The position numbers and the translations under genes were made by a program. From Raillietiella orientalis (lineage: Eukaryota), in NCBI GenBank assembly GCA_036172245.1, contig JAYWIR010000029.1, forward strand, positions 2,356,001-2,420,000: a stretch of 64,000 nt of DNA, read 5' to 3'. Positions 49,400 to 62,699 of the stretch are shown piece by piece. Position 1 is the first letter of the stretch. Every line of letters begins with the position of its first letter. Below the pieces are notes generated by a model. That model was not told the DNA's origin. It saw only the letters and a list, made by a program, of their open reading frames with translations, and made no database searches.

Positions 49400-51800
49400 A
49401 CGCCCAGCTCCTCCCCTTCCTGGGAACCATCGCAGCGCGTGTCTTCGGATGATTAATCATTCAGCGACACTCCATGCTTCTTCCCGGATGCTGACGGATC
49501 GCGTCTGCAGCTTCTGCTCCTCGCGCACCGATGCAATGCATCAGATCGGTTCCGGAGGCATCATTCCCCGTTAATCATTCATGGGATGCAGAGAGAAGAG
49601 CAGACTCTTCGTCCATCCCAGCAGCATCTGTTGCATTCCCAGGTCAGGTGCTGCTGTTGTAATGGACGTGTCGTAATGGTTGCTGCCGGGGCGAGAAGAG
49701 CTCGGAAGCTCCTGTCTAGGAGAATGGGAAGGACGAGGACGAGGACGAGGAGGAGGACAAAGAGGAGTAGGAGAAGGGAGAGGAGGAGGAGAGAGGACGG
49801 AAGGGGAAATCGTTGCGTACTCCTTTCCTCCTGCGGGATCAGTGATGGGCAATTTTGCGGATTCCCGGATTCAGCAAGTGAGATCCCCTGGCAGCGTTAC
49901 AAAAGAAACCAGGCGACTTTGTGGCGGGTCCAAAAGAGGTCGCTCGTCCTTCCGCTCCACTTCACCCACTGCTGCACACAAGGGCGGAGTTTGGCTCGAT
50001 CCGTGCACTTGGGACCTGGCGCAGAACTCCTAAGGCTTCAATACTTGAAGGTCTTCGATGAAATTCCCTCTGGGTGCAGTCTCTCTCTCCTTTGTTACTG
50101 GATGGGTCCTGAGACTTCCCCGTTTCCGTGCTGTGCTGTGTAGCGAACGAACCATCTACCTCTTCGCAAAGGTTTTTCGCCATCACCCAACTGAACCGAT
50201 CGATTTTCCAAGGCTCTTTGCCTCCAATGAGAGTCCTCGCTGGCTTCCATCACCATCGGACCACCATCTGACCTATCCCGTTTCTATAGTCTGGGAGAGA
50301 GGGGAAGAAACGGGACAGCAACCAGTCGATCTCTTTCTTGGAAGAGGAGACGCATGCTGCCGAGTGGATTTTGGGCTCTGTGCTGAAGGACTGCACTTCC
50401 TGCATTCTGACCCTCCGCGGAGGCGACGTCGGGAAATTGTTGTCTCTAAAGGAAGGAGAAGGGCTGTGTGGGTATCCGGGATGCAGAGACAGAAGACTGG
50501 GGACGCCATTCCCTTCCACGCTCCCTCGCTCCGGATTTCTTGGTACTGGGCATCTTTTCACCTCGAGACGTCGAGGGCGTGGTCTACTGGAGTGGTACTC
50601 CCGAGAGAGTCGCAAGGCAACCGTCCCGGATAGGAGACAAACAACGGGAACAGGCTAAGGGGAAAAGTGGCCGCGAGCTTTCATGGCGCTGCTGGCACGC
50701 GCCACGTTCCACCCGCCTGTCCGGGCTCGATCTCTTGGAGCTCTTCTCTTGGAGCCCGGGTCTCCTTTTTCCTACCGTCTTCAGGTGTGAGCTGCATTTC
50801 CAGGGCAAACACCTCAGGCAGCCTCAAAGAGTTCTTCAATGTCTGCTTTCCCACTCGGCATTGCTCTCAATCAACCAACAATTAACCTTTGCTTCCTTAA
50901 GCTCAATATTCTTAGGTCAAGATCATCGGCCACCATGGTCGAGGTTTGCTCTAGGAGGAGGAGGATTCCAGGCCTCCCTCGTTGAAGAGTGGGGCAGACC
51001 CACAGGCTCCTTCTGGGAAGTGTGCCTCAAACCACATCCGGGGCTCTGACAGGCGATGAAAATACCGGAGCCATGTAGGGCCACTCCGTGTCATCCGAAC
51101 GCCACATCATGGTGGGCCGATGGCAATATTCTTCCAGTTGCCTCTTCCGGTTCTCCCAAGCAGAACCGATGCCCCACGAGACACCTGTGGACTCCTGGTG
51201 AACGCAACAACTTCCTTGTAGAAAGTTTCAAAGTTCCAATGATCCCCCTCCTCTCAGTTCCTCTCCGGGAGAGATAAGAAGGGAGAGTGTGGGGTGCTCC
51301 TTTGACTCTCAGCATCAGCAAACTGATTTCTTGCAAGGGAAGTTTTTTCTCCGGTCTCTGGCAAGGTCGCGGTCAGGGTTCCCCTGTCGGTTCGCCAGAC
51401 AGTTGGTCACGCTGAGTTGACTCGATGGGACTGCCGATCTCACAGAGTCACCAAAGATGAAAAGATTTTCCAAAGAGAGATGCCTAGAGACAGGGTTGCT
51501 GCGTGGTCTCCGGGTCTCTGGACTTTCGACTCGCAGGTCTTTGGTCCCTCTTGCTCTTCGCACGCTCAGCTTGGGTTTCCGCGAGTGTCGGTTGCGGGAG
51601 AGGAGCTCACTTTCCCCTTTGCACTCACTGTCTGCTCCAGACCGTCTGATACTCCCACCTCCCTCTCCTGCCTCGTTTCTGCAGTCATCCATACTGGCTC
51701 CTTTCAGGAAGATCGACCTCCGAGGTCTGGAGTCGCGACTGCCTGACCGCAGCGGGAGCTAATTCTGGAGTGCTCCTCCAGGGATTCAGCCGGCCGAGCA
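49400..51800 (+). mobile_element. Degenerate L1/Tx1 element: ORF1 knuckle followed by ORF2 APE domain
   Basis: AFPGQV/RCCCC (~49635), DLFL/EETH (LQETH), GDVGKLLS, RLSGLDLL, GQDHRP (SDH), PTGSFWEV (G.G.WK.N). Confidence 0.55.
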
Positions 51801-52899
51801 GCCGAAACGGCATCTCGCGCATATGACTAGCCGACTGAGGTTTTAGGGGGAGGGGATGTGCGCTGTCCAGCAAAGGTGGGTCCGCGGAAGTAGAGCCCAA
51901 CGGACAGCGACTATGCTGGAAGCAACGACAGCCACTTCCCTGGGAGTCCGTCTTCCCGGAAAAGAATCCCTCGGGTTTAGGGAACACTCCGAAAACGGGT
52001 GGCAGCGGTGGTGGCGTTGCCCGGTCATCGGGAAAGCCGCCCACGGCTGCGTGGAGGCTTTCTTCTCCTCTCCGCGCGCGGCCCACTCTCAGGAAGGACG
52101 CGGAAATCCGCGGGAAGAAAAAAAAAAAAAAAACCTGCCTTCGGACAACCCTGCGAGCGTGTCGACACCGCCGCGCAACCATCCGCTCATGATGGTTTTC
52201 ACATCCCTTCCTTAACTGTGATGGAGTGGGGGATTTTTTTTCTCCGCGCCTCCAGGCACATCTTTCCGCTAGTTGTGATCTCACTCCTCGGAAAGGTGAC
52301 CAGGTCCAGCTGGTCCGACTCCTGTGCCAGAGAGCGGGTGCCCTTGGATGCGATTCGCCAAACTGCATTGCGTCAGGTTTCATTTCCATGCCAACACCTC
52401 GGGACGCCTCAATACCCTGATGCAAAGATTTTAAGCCAAATACGAGATTGAAACAGCAAATGGAATCGTTCGCAGGAAGCAGAGTGGGGAATTCACCAGG
52501 ACGTGGGGTTTGCGTTGCATTGCTAAGGAACGAGCGCTGCTTCAGTTGGCAACCCTATTTTCCTTCTGTTCTTCATCTCATCAGAAGGAAGAAACGGATG
52601 ATAAATAAGCCAACTGGTGTCGGACGGAGGCTCATCTGATCGAACAAATTGTCTGCTCATTCTAATTATTCCAAACGTAACCTCGAATCACAGATAGCTG
52701 CTGCTCAGGGACCCTAGACATTTGTCAGCGACGCTCCATTCACGCAAGCAGACCGGAGCCAATAACACTGCCGTAAACGGGAACGAAATTCGCTAAAGAT
52801 GCCGTGAGCGGCACATCAATTTGAACTCCAACATTAATTTGCAGTTCACACATCATCATCTAATTGGAATGTGCTGCCCCATCTATCGTGTCAATGCCC

Positions 52900-54350
52900 T
52901 GTTTAAAGATTTATAAAGGAAAAGTGGAAAACAACTAGCAAATGAAGGTAGGCGGCAGATGGGATTGAATACACGTGAAATGAATGCAGAAGCTATCGAA
53001 AATTCTCCCCTTTCGTAGCTCTTCCGGCCGGAGGACGTAGCATGCGGAGGCTGAGGACATGTGCTCTTAGCCCAGGTGTTTTACATGAGGAAATAACCTC
53101 AGATAACTCTCTCTGCGAACTTGATTTGAGATCTAAATGCGGCTGACGGATACATTTTGAATTTCAAAGCGATTCGAGATAACACGCAAGCGGTTCAGAG
53201 GGCAGAAACAAGAGTACCAGGACGCTCAATATCTCTGAAAAGCGGAAATACCATGTGTTTCGTGTTTTGCAACCATCTTCAGATGCTCGAACAATCCATT
53301 CCGATGAGACGTCAATCTTGACTGCTCCGAATCTTGACCTCTGAAGAGACGAGAGTGCTTTGGCACAGAAAGATTCGTTCCTGTTCGGATTGCCTGGAAC
53401 CAGTATGAGTGCAGGGTTGCGTCTACGCTTGCGGATTATCTTCAAGATGGTATCTTTCGCTTTCAAACGTCTGTCTGGCCTGTATTTGTATTTGAATCTT
53501 GAGGAACTCCCTTCCAGTGGTAGGCAAGATGTTGCGGATAACGCAGTGCTCCGATGCTATCGGGCCATAGCAGAAGTACGTTGCTTGGCTTCTATTCTTG
53601 CACTTCGGAGGAAGCAGGGGAGAGACCTCTCTTCGTTATTAAGTCTATCGACGCGTTCGTGAGGGAAACAAACACTTTGTCGAATAAAGATGATAGCGAG
53701 GAAGAGTCCGGAACGGCTCGGGTTTTCTTTTTCCCTCATGTCAAGGAGCTGCCGGACTCTTGGAGTCCACGAAAAATACACCGAGACGGCGCAGATTACA
53801 GTGAAGGAAAGGAGAGAGAGAGAGAGAGGAATTTTCCAGAGTTCGTAATCGGCATGATCTTCTTGCAGACGGAAGCGATTTTTTTCCCATGAGAGGTTCC
53901 AGCATCTCGGGTCTCGCTGTCTGATTGGAAAGCAAGTGAATGCATTTGCTTCGGCGCCCATGAGCCAAGCCATCTTCACCTCTCATGGAAACCTCTAAAG
54001 CAGACAGATGTCTCGGAATCGCGCTTAACGAAAATCAGCTATCAAGAGGGAATGGTTCAATTTGCCTGTTGAGGATTGATTTTCTATCAGTTGTCAAGAG
54101 TGGATTTGTGGAACGCATGTCTTCTTTTCACGCCGAAAGCACGAGTCCCCGTCCTTTCTTTCGAAGCTCCAAGGATGCGGTTTTGCAAGGTGGTGCACGA
54201 CTGCAGCCGTCAAGTGGATCCGGTTTGTTGTTATCCGTTGCAGCGAGCCAAGACCTCCTTGGATTGTCCAACTCGCCACTGAGTATTTGGGAATTTGTCG
54301 TGTCCAAAAGTAACATTCCCCATTGTTTTCACTCTGGATGGACATAGGTC
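52900..54350 (-). mobile_element. CR1/L2/Jockey-like LINE RT relic
   Basis: Motifs in order: CIHLLS (PISLLS), GVFFVDSKS (F.D..KAFD), WKGVPQDS (GVPQGS; GVPQDS at 53493-53510), KAKDTIL (possible YADDT). Confidence 0.6.
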
Positions 54351-56599
54351 TTCTCTTGGAGCCCTAGTTCCCTCCCTGGTTCATCTTCTTCCCAGATTAG
54401 TCCCACTATTTTGATTCTTCAGCTTGGGAAGTTCTCTCTTCCTTTTTAAAAAGATTTGTTATCGGGAATAGACTTTTTTTTTTTTTAAAGAAAAGCATCA
54501 GGCAGACCAATCTCAGGCGCCTGCTGGAAGGTTGCAGCATGCAATCTGATCAGCGTTGGTCTTCACATTAGGTCATGGGCATGTAAATTTATCTCTCTTC
54601 AGGAGGGGAGAGATGCAATTCTGATCTGGAAGCGAAAGTGTTCGATCGAGAAGAGACAGGCGCCTGGAATACATTCCTTTGTTTCGTGACCCGCGAAGGG
54701 TCGAGAGTGTTCCTGTCGTTGGTCTCGTACTCCAAAGGATGCCCTTAGGTTAGACCTCGTTGCAAAGCGGTGATTCACTCAAAGGCTATGGCTTCACACG
54801 ATAGAAGATCGAAAGTAAAAGGAACCACCAGCAACCATTCGAAAGAGCGATGTAAAGGAAGAGCACAGGTGAGCAGATGAGGAGCTTTCCATTCTCCTGC
54901 GTCAAATTCCAGCTTCCGAAAGGCAAGGACCAAAAGGCACATCCGCAATCCGATTGCCAACCGGTTAGCAATTCATGGTCACCAATGGAAACTCTGAGTT
55001 TTATACATGTACATACATATGTACATAGTTCAGTGCATTTTATACAGTGCATAGCTCAGGGATACCATGAATCGAACCAGTCGTGAATAAGCATGAGTTC
55101 CCTAAAAATCTCTCAGCTATCAAAAAGCGCAACTTCTCCTGTTTTTTCCTGCCTTCCAGGGATTTATTAGTGCGACGGGAGTTGTTTGTCAAAATGTTTA
55201 TGAGATTAACGAAGAGTGTTTCTGAGCTCCGCTGCAGTGTTGCGTTTGAGATATGGTTCCCCTCTCCTCCCATATGCTTCGAGTAGGAGCCGCGCTTCTT
55301 GGACGAGTTTGTTTTCGAAATGCGAAGTTTTTTTTTGCCCCTCTCACGGGTGGAGGGGATTTTCCGTCCCGACTAAAGCGGAAGAACTCCGAGAACTTTC
55401 GCTCCAAACCGCAGTTTCCCGCGCGCCTTGGGAAACGAGCACCTCCTCTTCCGGCGCGAGCTTTTTCCTTCCGCAGTCGGAACCAAGGCGACGCCCGTTC
55501 CAGCTATCCCTCTACTTGTAAGAATCTCTTTATCGCCTCCTCCATTCTTCAAAGCCTCCTCGGAGACGCATCCCAGAATCGCTCTCCAACAATTCCGAAC
55601 CGGAAAGTATTGTAATTTGATTATTCAGTCTTGATCTGGTTCTCCAGAGAATGTTTTCCCTGCTGCATTCAAATCTTCCTCGCTTTCCTCCGAGACGGAA
55701 TGCAGCTGCTAAACAGCTCCCAATAGCAATGTTGTGGAAGACTATCGGATAGGATTTTCGTGCCTTGTCCCAAGATGAGATGACACCAGTCTCTCATTTG
55801 AGCCTGTTTTCGATAATTTAGCCACGTGCTGCTACATGCTGCAGCATCCATCCTTAATTGAAGAGCGGCCAATTTGCAAAGAAATCGCCTCTGCAAGCCT
55901 CCTGCTGTGCATTTCGAGTTGTTAAAAAAAAAGCTTCATGTTTCCATTAAAGACGCACAATTAAGTCTTCGACGGAGAGATCTTTTCGGCACGGTGCGCT
56001 GCATTTTTAATCAGTCATCAAGTTTCTCCGCAGTAATTAATTTCAGGGGAGACTGGCTGACTAAAACGCTTTGAAATTGAAAACGACAAACTTCTGCAAG
56101 GGGGCATAACAAAATGTGATTTACAAAGATTACTGCAGACTCGGGAACTCTATTCCTGGAACGAAAGCATGATCCCGATCTCTCAAATCAGATGTCTTTG
56201 GATTGGAACGAGGAAAGAGTCGGATCCAATTGCGTTTTCAAAAAAAAATTATTTATTTATTTATTTTCGAAAATAACGCGGTTACTCCTAGTGCCCCAGG
56301 AAACACGGTCTCACCATCCTACCATCCTTGATTATGTTATTCAGTGGCGCTGCAGGCTGAGAATGCCTGTTCGAGCAAGCTGTAGAAAGGGACAAGACTG
56401 GAAGATTGGCTGTAAAAACGGAAAACTCTGAAGAAGAAGAAATCCTCTCCAGAATGGTCACGCCATTCCTCACGGACAGCTTTTTCTTGTATAAAACAAC
56501 ATCAACCATCTCATGGAAACAATCCCGTGGACTTTGCTTTATGTGTATCTGCTTGCTTTCCGTTTGCCTTTTGTTCCTTTGCTTGTTTCTGATTAGTTA

Positions 56600-57250
56600 A
56601 CCTCTAGCAGGTCAGGGGGTGTCTCCTTACCCCCTATCATCTCTGTAAAGAGCGAGGGACGAACAGACTTCTTGGAGGAATGGTCCTCGAAGCCAACAGC
56701 GTCGTGATGGAGACCTTGTGCTTCCCATGGTAGAAAGGCCATATTCTGGAAAGAACTGAGATCTTCTAGATGGACGAGAAGAAGGTGTGCCCTCCCGACG
56801 GTTTCGAGGAGCCGATACACTCATCACACTTCGAGGAATCTGTTTGCTCCCTCTGTTTGCGTATTTTCCGGAAAGAGGACTTTGGAAGCCTCAACAATTG
56901 ATAGACACTAAGGACAAACAAGGACACGACAATTGGCAAAGGCAGGGGAGCTCGCCAACACGACGGGACAAAGGAGTCGACCGGAATACTGGAAGACCAT
57001 CCTGAAGATTCCCAAAAATGCGAGAAGATGAGAAACTGTGTGGAAATTCAGAGGAACTCTCTCGGCAACACCAAAAGGATGCTGCAGGTAAATCGGTTCC
57101 AAAGGTTTGGAGGTCTGCTTTCATGGGAGCCTTCGACACTCCGTCAGATCTCGAATGCAAGCTGCTCTCAAGCACCGTTCGCCTCCTTAGTGGGGGAAAG
57201 AGTCCACATAGCTCTTTAAACACTGTCTACCCCACCCGAGGATGAGTCTA
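56600..57250 (+). mobile_element. LINE ORF2 C-terminal (zf-RVT-like) fragment
   Basis: W*KGHILER...KKVCPPDGFEEPIHSSHFEESVC resembles W...H..L...C..C...E...H...C. Contains a stop. Confidence 0.4.
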
Positions 57251-57278
57251 ACTCTTTAAGGTAGAATTAGCCCAAGTC

Positions 57279-57318
57279 CCTACATGGTTGCCTTCAAGCT
57301 AGAAGGCAACCATGTAGG
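57279..57318. repeat. Perfect 17-bp inverted repeat with 6-nt loop
   Basis: CCTACATGGTTGCCTTC-aagcta-GAAGGCAACCATGTAGG. Confidence 0.95.
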
Positions 57319-57493
57319 AACACTGTGAATCCAGGAAGGCTCCGAAGGGAGGAGTCCATTCCTCTCAAGGTCGGTCGGGAAACCCCGAAGGATCTTATTT
57401 CCTCCGGAGGGAGCCCGCGGAAGGAAACTGTCCCTTCTTTCCTTCTCCTCAGAAGAGAAGTCTGGAGGGGCGCTTCCTAGTTTCTATGTAAGG

Positions 57494-57670
57494 GCGCGGA
57501 GAGACCACAGCCACGACGACATCAGTGCGGGCCGAATAAGTCAGCCACAAGCTGACGCCGTTTTCGGGTGGGATTCGAACCCACGACGCTCGGTGCCACG
57601 CGCGGACAGACCACAGCCACGAGTCCGCCAGAGCGAGCCGGATAATTCAGTCAAAAGCCAACGCCGTTTT
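57494..57670 (-). repeat. Tandem ~106-bp tRNA-like repeat (about 1.7 units)
   Basis: GCGCGGA(G/C)AGACCACAGCCACGA recurs at 57494 and 57600; ACGCCGTTTT ends at ~57564 and 57670. The minus strand has a T-arm/B-box, GTGGGTTCGAATCCCAC. Confidence 0.8.
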
Positions 57671-57679
57671 GCATTCATT

Positions 57680-60600
57680 TTAGAATAGGGGTGCCCCCAT
57701 CGTCTGATCTCCTGCCAGACGAACTGAGACACTCCTTGCAGCAGTTTCTTGTGCACTGACACTCATATGAATCTGCCGTATGCTCATAAATTCGGGAGTG
57801 TCTTTGGAGGCCACCTCTTGTAAACCGCTTGGGACATTTCTAATTATTCTAATTTTCCTTTCATTGCCAGTAGGCTGTCGGATCGTTGGATACATTCGAA
57901 CTTGATGGCCAGCTGGCAATGGTTTCTGGTACCGAGTCCAAGGTGGTCTCAATCCAGACACTCGACCTTGAGTTACTACGGTCCTCGACAGCCACCAAAT
58001 TCATCATAGAACGTTGGTTTTCATACGGAGTAGCGGACAATCCTGACCTGGTCAGTTAGGCACTGCGATATGACCTGTTCTTCCGTCTGAAATCCCTCTC
58101 TCTGCTGCATGGTAGGGAGGGTCGAGAAGAAGGCGGCCAGAAGGAACGAGAGAAAGGGAAGAAGGAAGTAAATAGGACAGGAAGGTAGGCATCGTGGAAG
58201 GAGCAAGGCGACACCCGTATTTTGAGATGCTGAAGAATTAAATCCCAAAAGCGAATTTCTAGAGCACTTTGTTGGAACCGGGAAACAGCTGGAGAGGTGA
58301 GAGGGGTTCAAAATCATGGAAGCTGTGTGCTGAGATGCAGAGGTACGGATTGGCAGCGACTGGAAACCGGAGAAATCGGAAAAGTCATCTCGCGATGTGA
58401 AGATTCGACAGGAAGTGTGTCTTCATGTCGATAAGGACGCGTCCGCTCACAGATTCTGTGATGAAGAAGGAAGATTATTCAGCCCGCGGATCCCGTCTCG
58501 AGTGTCATTCGTTATGAGAATTCTTAGTAGCAAAACCGTTGGTCATTCTTTACGCTGAAGGTTGCACTTAGGGATAGGATGCTCACAAAACAACAGCAAC
58601 AGATCGCCTTTCCAACAGTCCATAGGAAGACGATCCCAGCACAGACTCCTCTTTGCATAATTTGACATTTCATTGGCTTGGGGCATCTTTGTCGTCAAAA
58701 GTCGAGGTCCAGAGAATCAGCCGGATATACAAGGTGGCGAATGTCGATCGATCTCCCTGGGCAGGTGCGACTCTGGCAGCATCATGGACAGAGGAGAAGT
58801 TCTTCCCTCTAGTAGAGGTCACATACTACTTGTCTTAGACGCCCCGGTTTCGAAGGGTATCAGACTGTGATCTTGGGACCTCACATCCAGGAGGACCCTT
58901 CAGCCCGCAATCTCCGAAGTGAAGCAAGCAAGGGGACCTTCAGGGTCTCGGAAGCAAAAGCGGAAGAGCGGAACCGCTGGACGCTGTCAGAACTTGCCGT
59001 TCGTGCAATCAAGGGGACCGCGAGAGGGTTCCTGGATTTCAAGAGAGTTGGGGCAGCGACAGACGCAGAAGAATCACTCTTGGACGCTTTCTTCTTTTTA
59101 GCGGAAGCGGAACACGCGCCTCGCGGGCACTGCATCCTGATGGACAGAAGTCGGAGCCTGCGAGCCGCAAGAGCTGACCTCTCGTCCCGAGAAAGCATTT
59201 AGCCGTCGTTGAACACGACTGCGGGTCATTCTGCGAGAGGGCCTCAGGGCATTTCAGTTCTCCTCGCAGTCGACATGGAGGGGATACCGCGTGCGCTCTC
59301 TCCACCTGCTACCGCCACTGCACCCAGAAACGACTGAGGTCCCCTTAACGTTCCGGTCTCCGGAAGCGAAAGCATCGCACGCACGGTGGAGCCGGGCCGG
59401 GCGAGAGCTTCTGGGGCGGTGTTGCCGGAGCAACGGGGACGCGGGTGCCTTGGAGGAGCTCTTTGTGCGTTGCGGTGATCGTGGGATGGATCGCGGAACC
59501 TGGGACGAATCCCGCATCTCCCAGCATTCTGTGGTGGTGGCTCCTGAGCGAGCCACCGACAGACCCGGCCGAGACCGGCTGGCGAACTAGGGTCCTCCGC
59601 TTCCGTGAGAGGTCATGAAGAATGGGAAAGGCAGGTTCCTCGCATAGGAAGGAACCTGTCCCCCCTTACCCCCATGGGAATCCACGCACCTTCACCAGGT
59701 TCGCTTCTTGGGCTCCCGCGGCTTCCGGAAGCCTCCCCTCCTCCTCCCCACAGCTCCTTCCCTCTTCCAGTTCGAAGGCTCTCTCCGCACCGCCTTGGAC
59801 TCGTCTCCGAGGGAAAAGAGGAACAGGAAGCCTGCCCTCCTTGCGGCGGGATCCGTGGAAGGGAGAGAAGGATCCGATTTTTGCTCCCGGAGCGAAGACA
59901 AGCGCTTCCGAGAGAACGGCTCGGGAACGAGAGTGTCCGTCCGAGATGCTGGGAGCTGATGGACCCATGGCATCTCCACCATCCACTATCTGCTCCCAAT
60001 GTTGCCAAGCAACATCCTCAACGTATCACAAGATGACCAGAGCGCCTCCCACGAGCCGCAAGGCACGTCGAGGGAAAGAGAAGAGGTGGGGAGGGGAGAC
60101 CGGGTTCACTGGCGCTCCGGAGTCCAGCGAACACGGAAATTGTGACGGAAAAAAAACCCTCTGGAGGGACTCGCCCTTTCCCCTACGCCTCGCTCTTCCC
60201 TGAGGAGGAAGGAAGGGACCGAGAGGAGACGGGACCGGGGAGCGGAAGAAAGGGAAACAGGGAGAGAGGGAGGAGGCAAGGCATCGGGGGGGAGGGAGGG
60301 AAGGCGAACGGAACGCGCGATGGTGGGTGTCCCTACTTACTTGTCTTCGAAGGCGGCAGGCACGCGAGGCACGTCGCTCCGAGTGGAACAAGAGGAATGA
60401 TCCTTCCACGGATCACTGCTCGGCGTTTATCAAGCCTTTCCATCTGAGTAAGCACATCACTTGGGTTTCACTCCTTCCTCCGGCAGGATGCAGGAGCTGG
60501 ACCAATACCAATCGAGCTTTCCGTGTGACGTAGACACGGGAATCGAGAATTCGGACAGGACGGCCGGGACGTACCTACGCTTCGTAGGAGCTGCAGCGGA

Positions 60601-62400
60601 GACAGGAGGAGGGGGGGAGGGGAGGAAGATGATGCGCTCTTGAACTCGAAGAGGGGGATGGACGGGGATTCAGGGGGGAAAGGGAGGGGAGGAGGAAGGG
60701 GGGGGGGAACCTCTGATTCGCTAATCCCACACCGTCCTCCATTTCTGAAAAACTTCGTGATTGAGAAAACATTCCCAAAGACTCAAAGAGGAACTTGCCT
60801 CGTAGGGAGGCCGAGAGTTTTACAGGAATCTCGGGCGGCACAGTTCCAGCGATAGCAGTCGATCTGAAGAGCGAGGGTGGAAGGGTCCTCAGATAGGCTC
60901 ATTCCCAGTTGGCGCCAGACAGTCGGGAGAAACGAAGCAGGAACGAACCCCTTCTCTCCGGCTCGGAACACAGTGGGAACGTTCACGCCCGTCCTCCTGC
61001 CTTTGCTATGAGTCTCAAGGAGCTAAAAGGACCTTGGTCGGTCGTCCGGTCTCTCCCTCTTCCGAAGTGGCACACCTACGTGCGTTTGGGTGAGAGCTGG
61101 AGGAAGTCGGATGGGGAAGTAGGGGTAGTGGGGGAGGTCGAGAGCGGTGTGTCTCCCCTCAGCTTGCCAACTGTTCCCAATCTCTAAGGGAACTTCGGGA
61201 GGGTGAAGCACAAGAGAGTGGCTTCTTTTCTTCCTCCCCTTCCTCCGGCTCGGCCTCGAAGGGTGACTTTCCACAGAGCAGTGCTCCCGGGTCCTGAGGC
61301 GATGGTAGCACAGAAGGCGCATAGAGCAAAGGGAGGATCAGGGAGGAGGGATGACCTTCCTTGAGGTGGAGCAGCGGCGAAGCGAACCCCTTCTATCCTC
61401 TCGGAGCGTCCCGACCGCGGTCTGTAGAGCGTCTGCAGCTCTGCCGCCATCCCATCCACGCTGCTGCTAGACCTCCGGAAGACGTCCTTGGAAGAGAGCA
61501 AGGAGACCCACAGAGATCCAGGGCAAGAGAGGATGCCTCCCTACCTTGCTTCCTGCCTTCTTACACAGGGAGGAGGCGAGACTAGAAGCGAAAACTCGGT
61601 AAGGACTTTGAGGGATCTTCGGGCAGCGGAAGAAGAAACTCGGTCCTTTCTTCGTTCCATCCCTGGAGATGTCGTTGCGCCTGCTCGAGGGAAGGGCAGA
61701 GCAGTAAGGGCATCGAGACGCAGCTCCAGGTGCCATTACGGAGGTCATCTGCATCCTCTGGTGAAGAAGGAGCTCGCTGCGTGCCCCGGAATAATTCCTT
61801 TAGGTGGAGAGAAGTAGAGACATTGTCCTGCTCCCGAGAGGAAAGTGAAAACCGAGGGAGAGGGAGAAGGAAAGAGTCAACCATTAGGGACCTCATTTGC
61901 TGTAGGATGGATTCTCCGGGAGCCGCATCCAGCAGCGCCTCACTGAAAGTTCCCTTCGACCGCCAGCTTTGGGGAGACGCGAGCCACCCGGGAGCGCAGC
62001 CTCCGAGGGATGGAGCTCGCTCCCTTCTTCCCAGTGCCTAAGATTTGCCACGACCCAGCCGTCCAGCACCTCCAAGGCGACTCTCTCCTTCCCCCTCCCT
62101 CTTTCAACTCAAGGGACTTCCGGAGAAGCTCTGGAGGGGCTCCTGACAGTACCTTGCTCCCGGTCCACCCCCTGCCTTCCGGGAGCGAACAGTATTTTCA
62201 GATGCCGTCGCAGCAAGAGTGCCCTATCCTTTCCTCTCCCTTTCTTTCCGCGGGTCCATCTCCGGCGGCCAACCCCTATTGGGAACGCTCCTCAGTCCTG
62301 GGAGGCAGATCACTTCAGGGTCAGATCAGTCCATACAATCATCGGAGACTTTCCAGTGAGAAAAAGCCAATGGCTCCCTCCGCTTCTCTCAGGGGAAGAC
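57680..62400 (-). mobile_element. Degenerate LINE, ORF1 knuckles + APE + RT (possibly composite)
   Basis: PGAASRCPYC and LCAFC (knuckles), YRWNCAA (SWN..G, APE start ~60850), DGVGLA, QREGFQ (Q.GF), LDSVP (FDSV) and GDQTMGAPLF (QGD..SP.LF), which is truncated at the tRNA-like repeat. Confidence 0.5.
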
Positions 62401-62699
62401 GAGTGGTATAGACGCAGCTGAGTTCTGGTAATCCAAGAATCCTTTAGATGCAGAAACCCAAAAGAAAATCAGGAACCCTCGCCAAAGAGTGGGCTCTTTG
62501 GCGAGGAACCTCCTTCCCCTTCTCTTCTTTCCAATCTCTCGGCAGAATGCTGTTTGGACTTTCAAAAAAAGGCAGAATCGTTCATCTTAGGTGTATCCTT
62601 CGAATGCAACCTTCTGGAGTGAACCCGGCTTGGAGAGGGATGGGGAAAGGAGAGGAGGTCGGTCTCGAGGGGCAGAAGTCGGCGGATCCATACTCGAGG

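Noticed and set aside
56315..56349. Exon-like 35-nt segment on the minus strand (ctgcag|...GGATG|gtgag)
   Set aside because: Good splice signals but no EF-hand similarity. It could be a UTR/start exon but cannot be supported without transcripts.
57494..57670. Functional tRNA gene or CRISPR array
   Set aside because: No acceptor stem or D-arm could be folded. The whole unit is repeated with no unique spacers, there are no cas genes and the context is eukaryotic.
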